64,000 nt of DNA, from assembly GCA_047967505.1 (NCBI GenBank), contig CM106538.1; one strand, written 5' to 3'. Positions 1-13,200 of the stretch are shown one piece after another. Position 1 is the stretch's first letter, and each line of letters opens with the position of its first letter. The notes under the pieces were generated by a model. The model worked only from the letters and a program-made list of their open reading frames with translations. It searched no databases and was not told the DNA's origin. Origin of the DNA: Dipteris shenzhenensis. Lineage: Eukaryota. Both the position numbers and the translations under genes were made by a program.

Positions 1-711
1 CTGGCGCTACTTGTTGAAGATGAAGACATCCTACAAACAAAACCCAAAAAAATTTGCTTTTCTTCAAATATTTAATTTTAAAACTTTGTGGCTTCATGAG
101 GTAGAGGCGGAGGGCTACTATCACCATCACTCCATGCATCCGTAACGGTCTCTCCTGAAGATCCCACCTCATATCGCCGACGCTTCGCCTCCTCACGACG
201 AGCATAGGGCAACATATGCGGGTGTGCATTGCATCCTGTATCAAATTAAAATGGGATCATAACTCAAACATATGAACACCCATAGGTATCTCAATCAACC
301 TTAACTCTTTAACACTTACCATGTTTACGGTCGCATCCCATTCTCCATACTTTGAGATGTGATTGAGTGTAATCCTACGTGCACGATACATGTTTCCTCG
401 ACATCGATCACACATACATTTGATTTTTTGCTCCAACCACATTTCGTGATGGTGGATACGGAGGGACTCATCCTCACTGGCGCTACTTGTTGAAGATGAA
501 GACATCCTACAAACAAAACCCAAAAAAATTTGCTTTTCTTCAAATATTTAATTTTAAACTCTGTGGCGCGTCTGGAGGCGCATCTAAAACCACGTCTATC
601 CGTTCTATGGTGCACGTCTATAGGCGTGTCTAAAACCGCATCTACGAGCTGTGTATTTAGATGCGCTTATAGATGCAGTTTTCGACACGACTATAGATGC
701 GGTTTTCAAAT
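1..711 (-). pseudogene. Extra tandem copies of TnpD-like exon 1 / exon 2 and upstream region
   Basis: 257-710 repeats ~1574-2050, 95-250 repeats ~1420-1575, and 1-90 repeats ~1795-1890. Confidence 0.85.
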
Positions 712-1822
712 CTACTTATAGTGCGCTTGCTTTGCTTCAATATGCTTCCACGTAGGAGAGTCTACGGGAGTTCTCCACTTGCCATCGGTTGATCGATGGG
801 AGGAATGGCATGACATGAGCTTTGCAATGGATTTGCACTTGAACATATGTTGGATGCGAGGGATTATGGGAAAATGTTGCAAAACCTTATGAGGCACGTC
901 CAAAGTTTTGAAATCTGCTCTATATCTTGCCTCTCCACAAGTAGGGCACTCTCTTGCATCCTTATGTAGTCCACGAAACAAAACGCAATAGTTGACGCAT
1001 GCATGGATGCACTTGTAATCTAATCCTCCAAGAGAGGTCACATGTTGCCTTGCCATATCTCTTGAGATCGGTAATTTATTCTCCCTTGGAAGCATTTTAC
1101 ACAATAGCCTGCACGTGAAGACCATAAATGAGGAAAAGCATTCGAGTAATTGACCCACTAGCATAATTCAACATGTTTGCAAAATAGACTTTAAAGCTTA
1201 CTTGAGTAATGCATTCAAACTTGCATTGCTCCATCCATAGATGGTTTGCAAGTTTAGTAACTCAAGGGAGGCACGTAGAACAAAGAATGTGCACCCCTCA
1301 AACAGTGGAGTCGATCCTGCAGTAAAAAGATCATCTTGCACCATGCTATCATCCCTCCCTTCGGATTGATGGACATATAAATCCCGCACCATATCATCAA
1401 ACACCTCCTCCTCCACGGCTTCATGAGGTAATGGCGGAGGGCTACTATCACCGTCACTCCATGCATCCGTAACGGTCCCTCTTGAAGATCCCACCTCATA
1501 TCGCCGATGCTGCGCCTCCTCACAGCGAGCATAGGGCAACATATGCGAGTGTGGCACTACATCCTGTATCAAATCAAAACTCAAACATATGAACACCCAT
1601 AGGTATCTCAATCAACCTTAACTCTTTAACACTTACCATGTTTATGGTCGCATCCCATTCTCCATACTTTGAGATGTGATTGAGTGTAATCCTATGTGCA
1701 CCATACATGTTTCCTCGACATCGATCACACGTACATTTGATTTTTTGCTCCAACCACATTTTGCGATGGTGGATACGGAGGGATTCATCCTCACTGGAGC
1801 TACTTGTTGAAGATGAAGACAT
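712..1822 (-). pseudogene. 5' part of TnpD-like (EnSpm) transposase, three exons, truncated
   Basis: ATG at 1822. Exons 1822-1637, 1563-1202 and 1108-~720 are joined by GT-AG introns and stay in frame. Motifs KCTCDRC, IHACVNYCVLFRG..ECPTCGEARY and FPIIPRIQHMF are typical of the region upstream of the Transposase_21 domain. Confidence 0.85.
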
Positions 1823-2715
1823 CCTACAAACAAACAACCCAAAAAAATTTGCTTTTCTTCAAATATTTAATTTTAAAACTCTGTGGCGCATCTAAAACCG
1901 CGTCTGTAAGTTCTGTGGTGCACGTCTATAGGCACATCTAAAACCGCATCTACGAGCTATGTATTTAGATGCGAAATTACACGCGCTTATAGACACGCTT
2001 ATAGATGCGGTTTTTGACATGACTGTAGACACGGTTTTCAAATCTACTTTTAGTGTGCTTGCTTTGCTTTTCTTCACATAAGCTTCACACAGCTTGCTTG
2101 CTTTGTTATTAACAGATCCATAGTCCGACACTTAAGAGAAGGCATCCACACTTACTTCTAGGCTTACACTTAAGAGGAAGGCACCCACACTTACTTCTAG
2201 GCTTACAGGAGAAGAGGGTGAACAAGGAAGAGAAGCAACTTTGAAGAAGGAAAAGAAGCTTCCATACCTCTATCCAAGGTAAGTCTCTTTACGGTTGATC
2301 TTCTTTGGAAGTTGCTCTCTTTGGATTTGTCCTTTGTCATATCCAAGAAATGAATGATTTTGGTATCAGTGTTATGCTTTTGTGTCGGGCGCATGTCCTT
2401 TTCCACTTTTTAGAATAGTCAGTCTGTCAGAGCGTGTCTAAAACTACGTCTACAAGCACGTCTATCGACGCGTCTAGCCTGTTTACAAACACAGACAGCC
2501 GCGTCTATAGACATGCTGTTATACGCAAAAATAGATGCGCTTCTCAGATGCATTTATAGATGTGCTCCGATAGTTTTAGACGCTTCCCTTCCCTTCCCTT
2601 CTCTTCTCTTCCCTTCCCTTCCCTTCTCTTCCCTTCCCTTTTCTCTCTCTTTTTCTCTTCTTTTTCTCTTCTCAGCTCATCAGTAATCTTCTTTTTTTCT
2701 TTTTTCCAGTTCATC

Positions 2716-3946
2716 ATGTGGCCAGGAATCTCTTTAGGCTCACATGATCTCCGAGAGTCTATTTTTAGGGAGTTATATAACCTTTTAGGACACCCTCCCA
2801 GTCTTGCGGAGTTATACGGCTACATGATGGGTACTCTAAACACCCCCCAGGAGTCGGCACTATAGACTCCAAGCCACCTCAATCCCACACCAGCTGAGAT
2901 TACCACAGCGGAGTCAGCACAGCCTAGCCAGCTACACAATCGAGGCCTTTCCCCCATGCCATCTTATGCCCCTTCCCCCATGCCATCAGGAGGTCCTATC
3001 TTGCAGAGCCATCGGCATACTCCTGTGCAATCGAGACTCGGTTCTCTAGCTACAAGTGATCCACGTAGTCCCGTGCAGTCTCCAGCTACGAGTGGCCAAT
3101 GTACTAGCTCGACACGACACGGTAGTAGACATAGTAGCACGGAGAGCGGTGGGGGATGCATGGCACAGTGCTTTGGGAGGGGTGGTGGTGGGGACGATGA
3201 TGATTCAGATGATTTAGACGTGCCTCCGAGTGATGGTATGATCTTCTATGACATCACTCAGACAGGAGGCATCTTGATGGATGCACGGGGGAAGGACATC
3301 ATGGTCGTCATGCGCTCTGTAATTGCTAACAATTACAGAGATTGCTTCATCCACTACAAAGACTAGCAAAAGAGGTTGGCTGATGAGACCCTCGCTGCTG
3401 TTCACCCTAGGTATCCTAACCCCCCCAATCGTCAGTTCACAGATAAATGGGTCAAGTCATTGTTACGATACTTGGCAATAAAAGATCTTCGCTTAAGAGG
3501 CAGGCACTAGCGGAGCTTACCAAGCTCGAGGGAGGTCAACCACCAAGGGGCCCGCCCCACACGGCTCACAAGCATGAGTGGAAGAAAGCAATGAAGTCAG
3601 CGAGGGAGGACCCCGGTCTATAGCACGTGGAGGCACGAAGGATCCAGATGGAGCAATATGGAAGCGTGCATTTTGATGCAGGGGGTGTTGAATCACGGGA
3701 GGCCCAATTTGGCAGTATCGATCTCAAATTATATTGTTTATGTGGTTTATTAGGAGGTTGTTTCTTTGTACTAACCCCTCTGCAAATTGTGTTGTCTTGC
3801 AGCTTGATATCGTGGGCAGATACCCTACTCCTATCAAGATAGCCTACCACCACCACCATCGTAGAGGAGATACATGGAAGCACTTCTATCATGATGGGTT
3901 GATTACTGAGGAGCAGTATATCCAGGCTACTGGAGTGACCCCCGAG
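2716..3946 (+). pseudogene. ORF2 of the CACAA-family element (putative TnpA-equivalent), disrupted
   Basis: MWPGISLGSHDLRESIFRELYNLLGHPP... then Pro/Ser-rich and RYPNPP..FTDKW segments. In-frame TAG stops sit at positions where the other copy has CAG/CCA. Intron about 3716-3802 and a GT donor at 3947. Homologous to 20983->19990 on -. Confidence 0.7.
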
Positions 3947-6259
3947 GTATTTGAAAGTAATTAAATAATGTCAATATTATAAGTAAAGATTTTCTATACA
4001 CGCATTCAACAATGCATCTATTTGTTTTTTAAATTTTTTGCAGAGCGTCTATTTACGTGTATATGCACGTCTATACATGTATTTGTTTGCTATATAGACG
4101 CATCATTAGACACGGGTCTCTAGATGCATAAATAGACATACAAATAGATGCATCTGTAAGTTTTTTTTAAAGTTCAGTAAACGCATCTGTGTGCGCATCT
4201 GTGGATGCTTTGTCTTGTTGTGTTTATGACATTGACTCGAGCCTCATTGGTCTTGAGCGATCAGACATAGATGCTTCAGATGTTAGCATGGATCAGCCCG
4301 TAGTTTTTGATCATGCACATTCATCGGTAAGCCCTCAGCATGAGGCACATTTGACAATAAGCCCTTAGCACAAGGTAGTCCCATCGACATTAGCACAGTC
4401 TGATTCTTATGATGCCATCTTTATGCATGGATCCCAACTCCATCCTTTGCCACAGATGTAGATACTCACAGCAGGAGTTCATCGATCATGCAGTTATTCA
4501 GCAGGTAAGTCCTCAATATGAGGCATTCATATCTTCTACCACATGCTGAGATATATGCCATAGCACATTCATCTCTTTAGGTGATTTCATTTCAGCATCG
4601 ATCCCTGATACTTTCACCTCTGATATGGAGCACATCATCTTCTTGGACACAGTTTCCATGAGTAGTATAGATCAGCAGATGAGTCTTCAGGACATTCCAG
4701 CATCGGCTATTAAGTACTCTCATGTCTTATCTATGCCTACAGATTGTGGCGTACGTTAGACTAAAGATTTTCGTCAAAGCATAGTATGAATTCTCTACAC
4801 ATAATGTACATACAACAGTATCCACAAAGTCTGTTATTGCTATATAAACAACCTACAAAATGTTAACAACCTTTCAGTACCAATCATGTATAACTGCTGC
4901 CTAGAACGCCTTTCGGAGAGAACGTTTTGCATCTTTATTAATCGCCAAATTATTAAGGAGTTCCAATTGTTTCGGATGTCTACTACCATAGGAGAGAACG
5001 AGGGAAGTACTGAATGTTGATGGCAAAACCTTTCCATCTTGTTTGTGACCCAACAAAGGCATCTAGACATGCATGACAATTAATCAGTAGACGATTGACT
5101 TGTGCCTTTGTGAACCAACAATACAGTATTCGACTGAAACCATACCAACACCAAGTCATAAAAAATGACAACAAAATCATGCAAATGACAAGTCAACTCT
5201 ATTTTTGAAAAAAACCCAAGAAATGTGGATTTTTTCAAATTTAGAGGGACTAAATATACACTTCATGTCAAACATTTTTAAAAACTAGTACTTTTATGAT
5301 GCATAAAATATTACTTACATTTAACTCCAAAACCCAAAAATTTCTAGTATTATCAATTGAAAAAAGAGTTCTCTTCTTTAATTTGAAAAACACAACAAAT
5401 TACAAAGGAGAAGAAACTGCTTCATTCAACTAAGAGAGTTGTTAGAGCTTTTGCTTTAAAATACCAATTGTTTTTCGTGCAATTGCCCATATATTTTTAA
5501 CTCAAATCCATAGACAAGAATTTCTACATCCTATAAATCAAGCATGTCCACACATCAATGAATTCCATTTTTTTTCTTTTATTACGCTGTTTAAGCATCT
5601 ATAGATGATATGTTCCTTGAAGTCCATTGGTTGAAAGAATTTTTTATGAATTGAATTCCACATAAGTAACAACATTGCCCTCATGGATAAGTATAAATTT
5701 CTAGAATATTTGCTGTAAATAGCATACTATCCACAAATTGAGAATTGGTAAAATGATGTTATTTCTATTCTATTCTTTAAGGAGACAAATACCAGACTTG
5801 CCATGTGGCATCGATATGGAGGTATGGGGAGGAATTATAGAGGTTCGGGAAAGGATAAGCGAGGTTCGGTAAGAAGAGGAGCTCTGGACATATTAAAATG
5901 CCATGTGGCAAAAGCCAGACACGTAGACTGTGTGAACAAGGAGACTTGTGGCAATGTGGTGCCCTACGGGGCGAGGTACACGTGCAAAACTGCTCATGAT
6001 GATGTGGCCTAGTGGCCACAAAGGGGTTGCAGGCAGGTCACAGCAATGGACTAGCAAATTGGCAGCTGCCACAGACTTGCAGTAGTCACTGGAATAAATG
6101 AGGCATGGCGGCATGGGACCCATGTTGCTACGTGCTGTGAAATTGATACGCACTATGTGGACTGAATTGATACGTGGTGACGAGGGCGTACAAATCGACA
6201 CGGTTAGCGAGGGCACGATTAGTGAGGGCGCACAGGGCAGGACAGAGGGGCCTGTAGAG

Positions 6260-6266
6260 AGAGAGG

Positions 6267-6303
<37 letters not shown>

Positions 6304-6306
6304 AGG

Positions 6307-6364
<58 letters not shown>

Positions 6365-6472
6365 CAGCAAAGAAGTGTTTGCAGATCATGCCCTTCTTCA
6401 AGAGAGCGAAGGGGAGGAGGGGGAAAGAGAGAGAAGAGAGCCAGAGATAGATAGATAGATAGATAGATAGAG

Positions 6473-6543
<71 letters not shown>

Positions 6544-6669
6544 CACCAAAGAAGTGTTTGCAGATCATGCCTTTCTTCAAGAGAGCGAAGGGGGGGAGGG
6601 GGCAAGAGAGAGAAGAGAGCCAGAGATAGATAGATAGATAGGGAGATAGATAGATAGATAGATAGAGAT

Positions 6670-6734
<65 letters not shown>

Positions 6735-6816
6735 CACTGAAGAAGTGTTTGCAAATCATGCCCTTCTTCAAGAGAGTGAAGGGGGGGAGGGGGCAAGAGA
6801 GAGAAGAGAGCGAGAG

Positions 6817-6898
<82 letters not shown>

Positions 6899-6920
6899 AC
6901 ACACACACACACACACACAC
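6260..6920. repeat. Three ~180-190 bp tandem units, each a unique core plus (GATA)n/(GA)n microsatellite
   Basis: Core GATTCA..AAGAAGTGTTTGCAGATCATGCCCTTCTTCAAGAGAGCGAAGGGG at about 6361, 6540 and 6731. Confidence 0.9.
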
Positions 6921-9861
6921 TTTTCCACCCGTTGACAAGGGTGCCAAGAAATGAGATTAGTAGTGGTATTAGAACCCCAATTTCTACGAGTTATAATGTT
7001 ATGGACTTTTACGACATAGGGATCACTAGATCATTTTTGAGCAATGATATAATGGGTTATACAATGTCGAACATACCGTAAATCACTAGAGTAAAGGGGG
7101 ATTTAATACCCCCATATCTGAATGGAAAAATGGATATATCGGATTTTTCGGATAGTACGGGATGCCTCATATGGATTAAATACCCCTATAGACCCAAATC
7201 GGTATAATACTGCATGAGATTTGAGATATCCTTGCGGGGGATATGCTATATATAAAATAACTAAGCCCGCAAAATACATTAATCATTTAAGGGGGCAATA
7301 GTTTAGAATTGGTTAGGACCTATTATGGGGTTCGTATAGAATTGATTAGGACCTATAAATATCCAGCAGATATTCGTCAATACTAAGAGATGTACGCGGG
7401 ACATAAAATATACATATTAGTTAGAGAAGGGGCTACACTAGGACTGGCAGCTCCACTCTGAGACCCGAAAAGGGTACTAATGAATGGCGCCAATTTTTTA
7501 AGATGGATATGACCACCAAGGGAATCACACCAAATGAACTGGGATGGTGGACTAGGTGGCGGAACAACGGCTCTCTTTAATGGAGGATAACTACCGGCAT
7601 GATTGCCTGAGAGGATTCGGACCACCTCGAGACCCGAAATGAAAGTATCCAAAGGAGTTGCATTACCCCCTGACCCGATAAATGACAACACATTAGATCC
7701 AAGATCTGGATTGAGAAGAAGACGCAGGAAGGATCAGCGCCGCACGAACTCTGAACGACCTGGGAACCTTACCCAAGATGTTGAGTGCATACATCAAGGT
7801 AGAAGGCAAGAAGACACCCCGGACTAAGATCAGGCCATGGATCTCCCATAGGTAAGTGTTTACCTGGGAGTACGCGATTAGAGATGATACGTCTAGACAT
7901 ATTTTTCCCGCCTGGTCTCACGAATGCATGTTATATAAAGCTCGAGGCTGAGCATGGAGACTTTCTTTACGATTACTAGTTTGGAAAGGATAGATATTCT
8001 AGGAGTAGCAAGCTTGTGGTCGCCTAGACGTAGACGCCCTCGGAGCTAAGAAGACCGGAGCATGCTTAGTGCAACTTGCGGTAGTCGAAGTCTCCACAGT
8101 TCGCCTATATCCCCCTTCAGAGAGGTAGTCCATAACGCTATTTGCATCAGGGAGCCGGGCGGGATATACTGCAGTGCAAGCAGTGAGCTCCTTAGAGAAA
8201 CGGAAGGACCATGCATTATAAACAAGCCTACGACCCGCGAATAGAATGACTCTCATGTTTTTCCCTTTCAATGAACTATAGAGAACGCAAGAGATTTGAG
8301 AGCAAGAACTGAATGGTTAATGCTAGTGCGATGCTTCTCCATATCATTCGGTTTTTTCGGTATGCTAGAATTGTCATCTCGGAAGGGATCATTGATAGTT
8401 GCTCTTGAAACACAAGAACACGATATATTGTATATCAACTTATGTCCCGTGGCTAGAACGACTTTGGTACTTTTCGACTAATGATCAATGGAGGGCACGA
8501 GGTATTCAACCACGTTAGCTTACTTGTTATCATTGTTACGAGACTACTCCAAGTTGCACTAGTATTCGATGTTTTAGATAAGCCATCACGTAAGGGATCA
8601 TAAACGGCTATTCGGAAATGATAATATGTCCAGACCGGCCGAGTATACTATAGTGGTGAGCAACGCCTTCCCAAAGTGGTCCAAAGAGACCTTACCAATA
8701 CACTCCATGATGGTTGAGGGCGACACCAGCCCAATGAAGACCTAGAGCATAAACCAATATCTGTTATTGATCACTGTAGACCCCCGCGCGGATAGAACGA
8801 CTTTCTTGCATTTCGATTATTGATTGTTGGTGGGCTCAATAGTCTCGACCATATTAATAGACTGATTAGCGTTATCGGATGACTACTACGAGCATAAGTA
8901 CTTCTATATGTTTTAACATCGTAGTACTCCAACCGAGTCCCACAAATGCATGGTATGCTTGATAAAAAATATACCACACAGACCTTACCAGTAAACGACT
9001 CAGTGATGGTCGAGGGCGACACCAGCCTGAGGATGACCTAGAGCAAAAACGACTATCTATGTTTAGGCATTTACGGAGAACAGAGAGCGTTATCTAAGAC
9101 GCCGATTACAGATGAGTACTCCTTCAACTGCGGATTAGGAAATGCTGGTCGATGCAGACCCCTATCACTTCGCACAGAGTATGGTGTTTCTGGCCATTTG
9201 GTCTACAACAATGAGCTTGTATGCAGGGGAGAAGAGCGCTGCATACGTGCGATGACTCGTTCTGTCTCTAGATCCCTCCATTCCATTCTGTGTCACAGCG
9301 CCACCGAAGCTTATCTCGAGTTGGTACCCATTTTTCATCACCTTACATTTTCCTTGTTATTCTCTTCATTTTCTGTTGCGGCTGGCTGCTCAGGTTCTAC
9401 TAGCGTTGCTAATTTTAACGTAGCTGGCAGGTGATAGGTTTCTTAACACAACTGGTTACTTCACAGGTTCTTGACAGTTTCTCTTGTCTTGTACGACGGT
9501 TTCTCCAGTCTTGGAACACAAGCTCATCTTTCCATCCTTTTGCTAGTTTTGCTTCCCTTGGCGATGCAGCTCCCTCATAGAATATCTGATCATTCGCTGG
9601 AGCTATCTTGTATGTAGCATATCTGGCACCCCCTACCCCTTGTATTTACTTCTCAGTAGCCTTGCGCATAGTTCTTCTTGTGCTTCATTTTCTATACCTT
9701 CGTCTTACCTTTACGTAGCTTCTTGATAATCGGCTCCTTCTCTTACGCTTTTTATAGATCTAAAGCTTCCTAATAGGAGCTTGTCATCGCGGTTACGTTG
9801 GATCCCGTATATACTAGTAGTTCACTACACGCACACACACACACACACTTGAAAAGTAGTT

Positions 9862-10028
9862 CACTACACGCCTTGATAGCTTCTTGGTTGCCCTTGCGGT
9901 AACAACAATAGCATGCAGTTTGGTTTGTGTCTAACCAAACTGCATGCTATTGTTGTTACCGCAAAATCAAACTGCATGCTATTGTTGTTACCGCAAGGGC
10001 AACCAAGAAGCTATCAAGGCGTTTAGTG
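9862..10028. repeat. 167-bp fold-back (palindrome) with CACTA...TAGTG ends; MITE-like
   Basis: Left arm 9862-9925 is the reverse complement of 9968-10028 (about 1 mismatch) and of 9933-9964. Loop TGTGTCT. Confidence 0.85.
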
Positions 10029-10289
10029 TTAATGTTGCTTGTCTTAACTATTTTTTTCCTTCTTGGTCTAAGGATATATGGACATTTTTATTTCATATTC
10101 ATTGAGTTGTTTAATATTTTATTTCATATGGACACATACACACACATATTCACCCATTAATTGCTCTCAACATACACACTCACACACACACCCAAGCGCG
10201 CGCACACACTTTTTTTTAAAGGGCTAATTCAAGTAGCTTAATATTACAAAGTCAGGTAATACGAAACTATCTCCAAGCAAGTCCTCTCC

Positions 10290-13200
10290 AGGTCACCATC
10301 CTTACAGGCATCATAAATAGATTTCCTTAAGGAGGCTCTGAAGAACTCATAGGGCTAAGTGAACTATTGCAAATATGCCAGATTATGTGTAGTCCAAAAA
10401 GTCCAAAGAGTCCAGTATCGAACCCAATGAAGGAGAAGGGAGTAAGATCATATTGGAGTGGGACATCTGCCAAAAATCCAAAAAAGTCTCCCAAAGATGG
10501 TATTTGGGAAAGGAAGGCATAACATGTGAGAAATCCTTTGAATCAAAAGCCTAGAGCATGGGTAGAACCATAGAAGATGTGGTACTATCTTTGCTAGTGC
10601 TGAACATCGAAGACAGAGGCCGTGGTTGAAGCAATCTTTCATTTGACAAGAGTAACACCTACAGGCAGAGTACCTGTGATGCATTTCCAGAGGAAAAGCC
10701 TTTGCTTTAGAGGAAGCTTAATTTTCCATAAGGCATGCATAGTCTTGGTCTACCAAGCAAATGGTTTTTGCATATGCCACAGATTATTAGCAAAGTTGTG
10801 TATCCAAGGCCTTGGTAGTAGCCTATAAGTAATAATGGATGTGAGTTTACATAAAGGCATAGGACAAATGTTCAGCCTAGCAGGAGACAATGACCAATCA
10901 GCCAACCTATCACCCTATGAAAGAGGAGGAACAGGCAGAAAAGGTTGTAACATCTCCCTTATCTTTCGCCAAATAGGCCTGTGATGCATGCCTAATCCAT
11001 ATGCTGCCATAGCTTGGGATGTACCCCTGGTCATCCACCACATCATGTATCTGCCTGATATCCATTTTGCTCAAATTGTAGGTCTTAATAGGCTCTTGAC
11101 ATGCAAGTGGAGTGTCAAAAACAAGTGGAGTGTCAAAAACAGTACTCCAATATAAACTTTCTTGATGAAGAGAGTTGGCAATTGGATTGGGGGGGCCCAT
11201 TCAATGCGGGAAAGAACCTGCTTCCGATCAAGGATCAGAGCAGTAGCAAAAGGACACCCTGGAATCTTCCCCATAAACTTGCCAAGGAGTACGTCCCATA
11301 TGTCCACATCCCATTTACCATAAGCAGGTGTCATCATAGTCCTAGACATGTAAGCAAGCATTTGGGTCCATGGCTGTTCCTATAGTGAGAAGGTCAACAA
11401 CAGTGACATTTTACGAGACAAGGCATGTAGGTGCAAGTTGAGCACATTCAAGCCACCACTCTTTCGAGGAGAACATACATATTTCATTTTTAGTAATCAG
11501 AGAGCCTTCCTGGAGGACTTGGTTTTCCAAAGCAACTCCATTACTTGTGACATGTATGCTGATATCTCCTAATATGTCCAATGCAACAAAGGCAAAAAGA
11601 ATTGAACATAAGCCATGACAATAGATTGCACTATTTTGAGATGAACATGAAGTGGCCGAGTGATAATTTCCAATCTACAACTTATCATAAAGTTTGCCAA
11701 ACACCCATTGAAGTTGTTGCTTCTTGGTAACCATCCATCTGATAGGATATCCCAGATGTCTGTTGACACTGCATGAGAATCCAATATCTCACCTGGCCAA
11801 AAAATTGCATGCCAATCAGTTTGTTTAAGGGCTATCAATTTTGATTTCTCCAAATTGACATGTATACCTGCTACCATTCCATACAGAGATAAAGAATCCA
11901 TGAGAAGTTGCAGCTCTTGTTGAGTGTTGTGCAGCATGAAAAAAGAGTCATCTGCATATGCCTGTGTTGCAAAAGTTTTTTGTCCTGGTAGCTGTAGTCC
12001 TTGCAGTCTCCCCTGAGTAGTAATATGATCCAAATAGAGGAGCAGAGGATGGGTGGCAATGGCATAAAGTAAAGCACTAAGGGGACATCCTTGTCTGATC
12101 GATTTGCCCAAATTCCATGGTTGAGATAAATGATTATCCAAAATGCATTGAGTAGAGGAATCAATGTACAGCCAATAAATTGCATGTACTACCTTGGGCC
12201 CAAAACCCATCCATGTCATTGTCTGTGCAATAAAATCCCATTGAACAGTATCAAAAGCTTTTCCTATATCCACCTATAGAATGAGGACATCTTGCTTTGT
12301 GTACTTGGTATACTCTATGGCTGTCATAGCATTTGCAATGTTATCATAGATCTGCCTTCTAGGCACAAATCCATAATGATGTGGATGGACATCATGTAAA
12401 AAATTATGCAGTCTATGAACCAACATTTTGGAGATAAATTTATAAATGATAGGCATAAGAGTAATTGGCCTCCAATCTGTCAGATGTTCACACAAAAGCC
12501 TCTTAGGGATGAGCTTGACAATTCCATGCCTACCAGGACGCAGGCATACAACACTGGCTGTCCCAAGCTGCATTAATCATGGCAAGAAGCACATGTTTGA
12601 GATCATCCCAGAAAGCCAAATAAAATTCTACAGTGATCCCATCCCATCCAGGAGATTTCCCTTTGCCAAGATGAAGCAATGCATCATGAAGTTCTTGAGC
12701 AGAAAATTGTTGCTCCAGAGGAAGTGCATGGTCCATTGTCAGGATTGGTTGTACCTGAGTTAGTAGGACTTCCTTGGCATCAATGATTGACTGAGTGGGG
12801 GTAGTAGGGGGAGCAAACATCCTTTGAAAATGGTCAAAACACTCTTGATCAAGTTCAGAGAGAGACTGTGTCCAAGTTCCATCTAATCTTCTCACTCTGA
12901 GATTGGAACTCTTCCGCCCATGTGCATGCAAACCTTGAAAAAAGGATTTAGAAGAACATCCTTTGTCTAACAGCAGCTTCATTCTTGCACGCACTTGCCA
13001 CTTATTGAGCTTTCTTTGATCATTCTCCTGGAGCAGGAACTGAAAATGTAGCATAGAATCTTTTTGGGTGTTAGTCAGAGGCTGAACATGAGAAAGCTCT
13101 GTAAGGTGTTGCAACTGTTGTTTGGCGTAGTGCACTTGCCTTCTCCAATCAGCCATGAAATTTTTGCCATAATCGTGAATAACATGCTGAGCACGGTACA

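Larger units (their letters stand above)
1..4222. mobile_element. CMC/EnSpm-type DNA transposon, CACAA-terminus family, copy A (other end lies outside the window; internally rearranged)
   Basis: Ends in ...GCTTTGTCTTGTTGTG at 4222, the same terminus as at 19989. Carries TnpD-like exons on - and ORF2 on +. About 1570-3950 is an inverted homolog of the outer copy (15.85-16.1 kb plus 20.0-22.75 kb). Confidence 0.85.

Noticed and set aside
6955-6967. TAGTAGTG resembling a CACTA terminus
   Set aside because: No partner TIR or subterminal array found.
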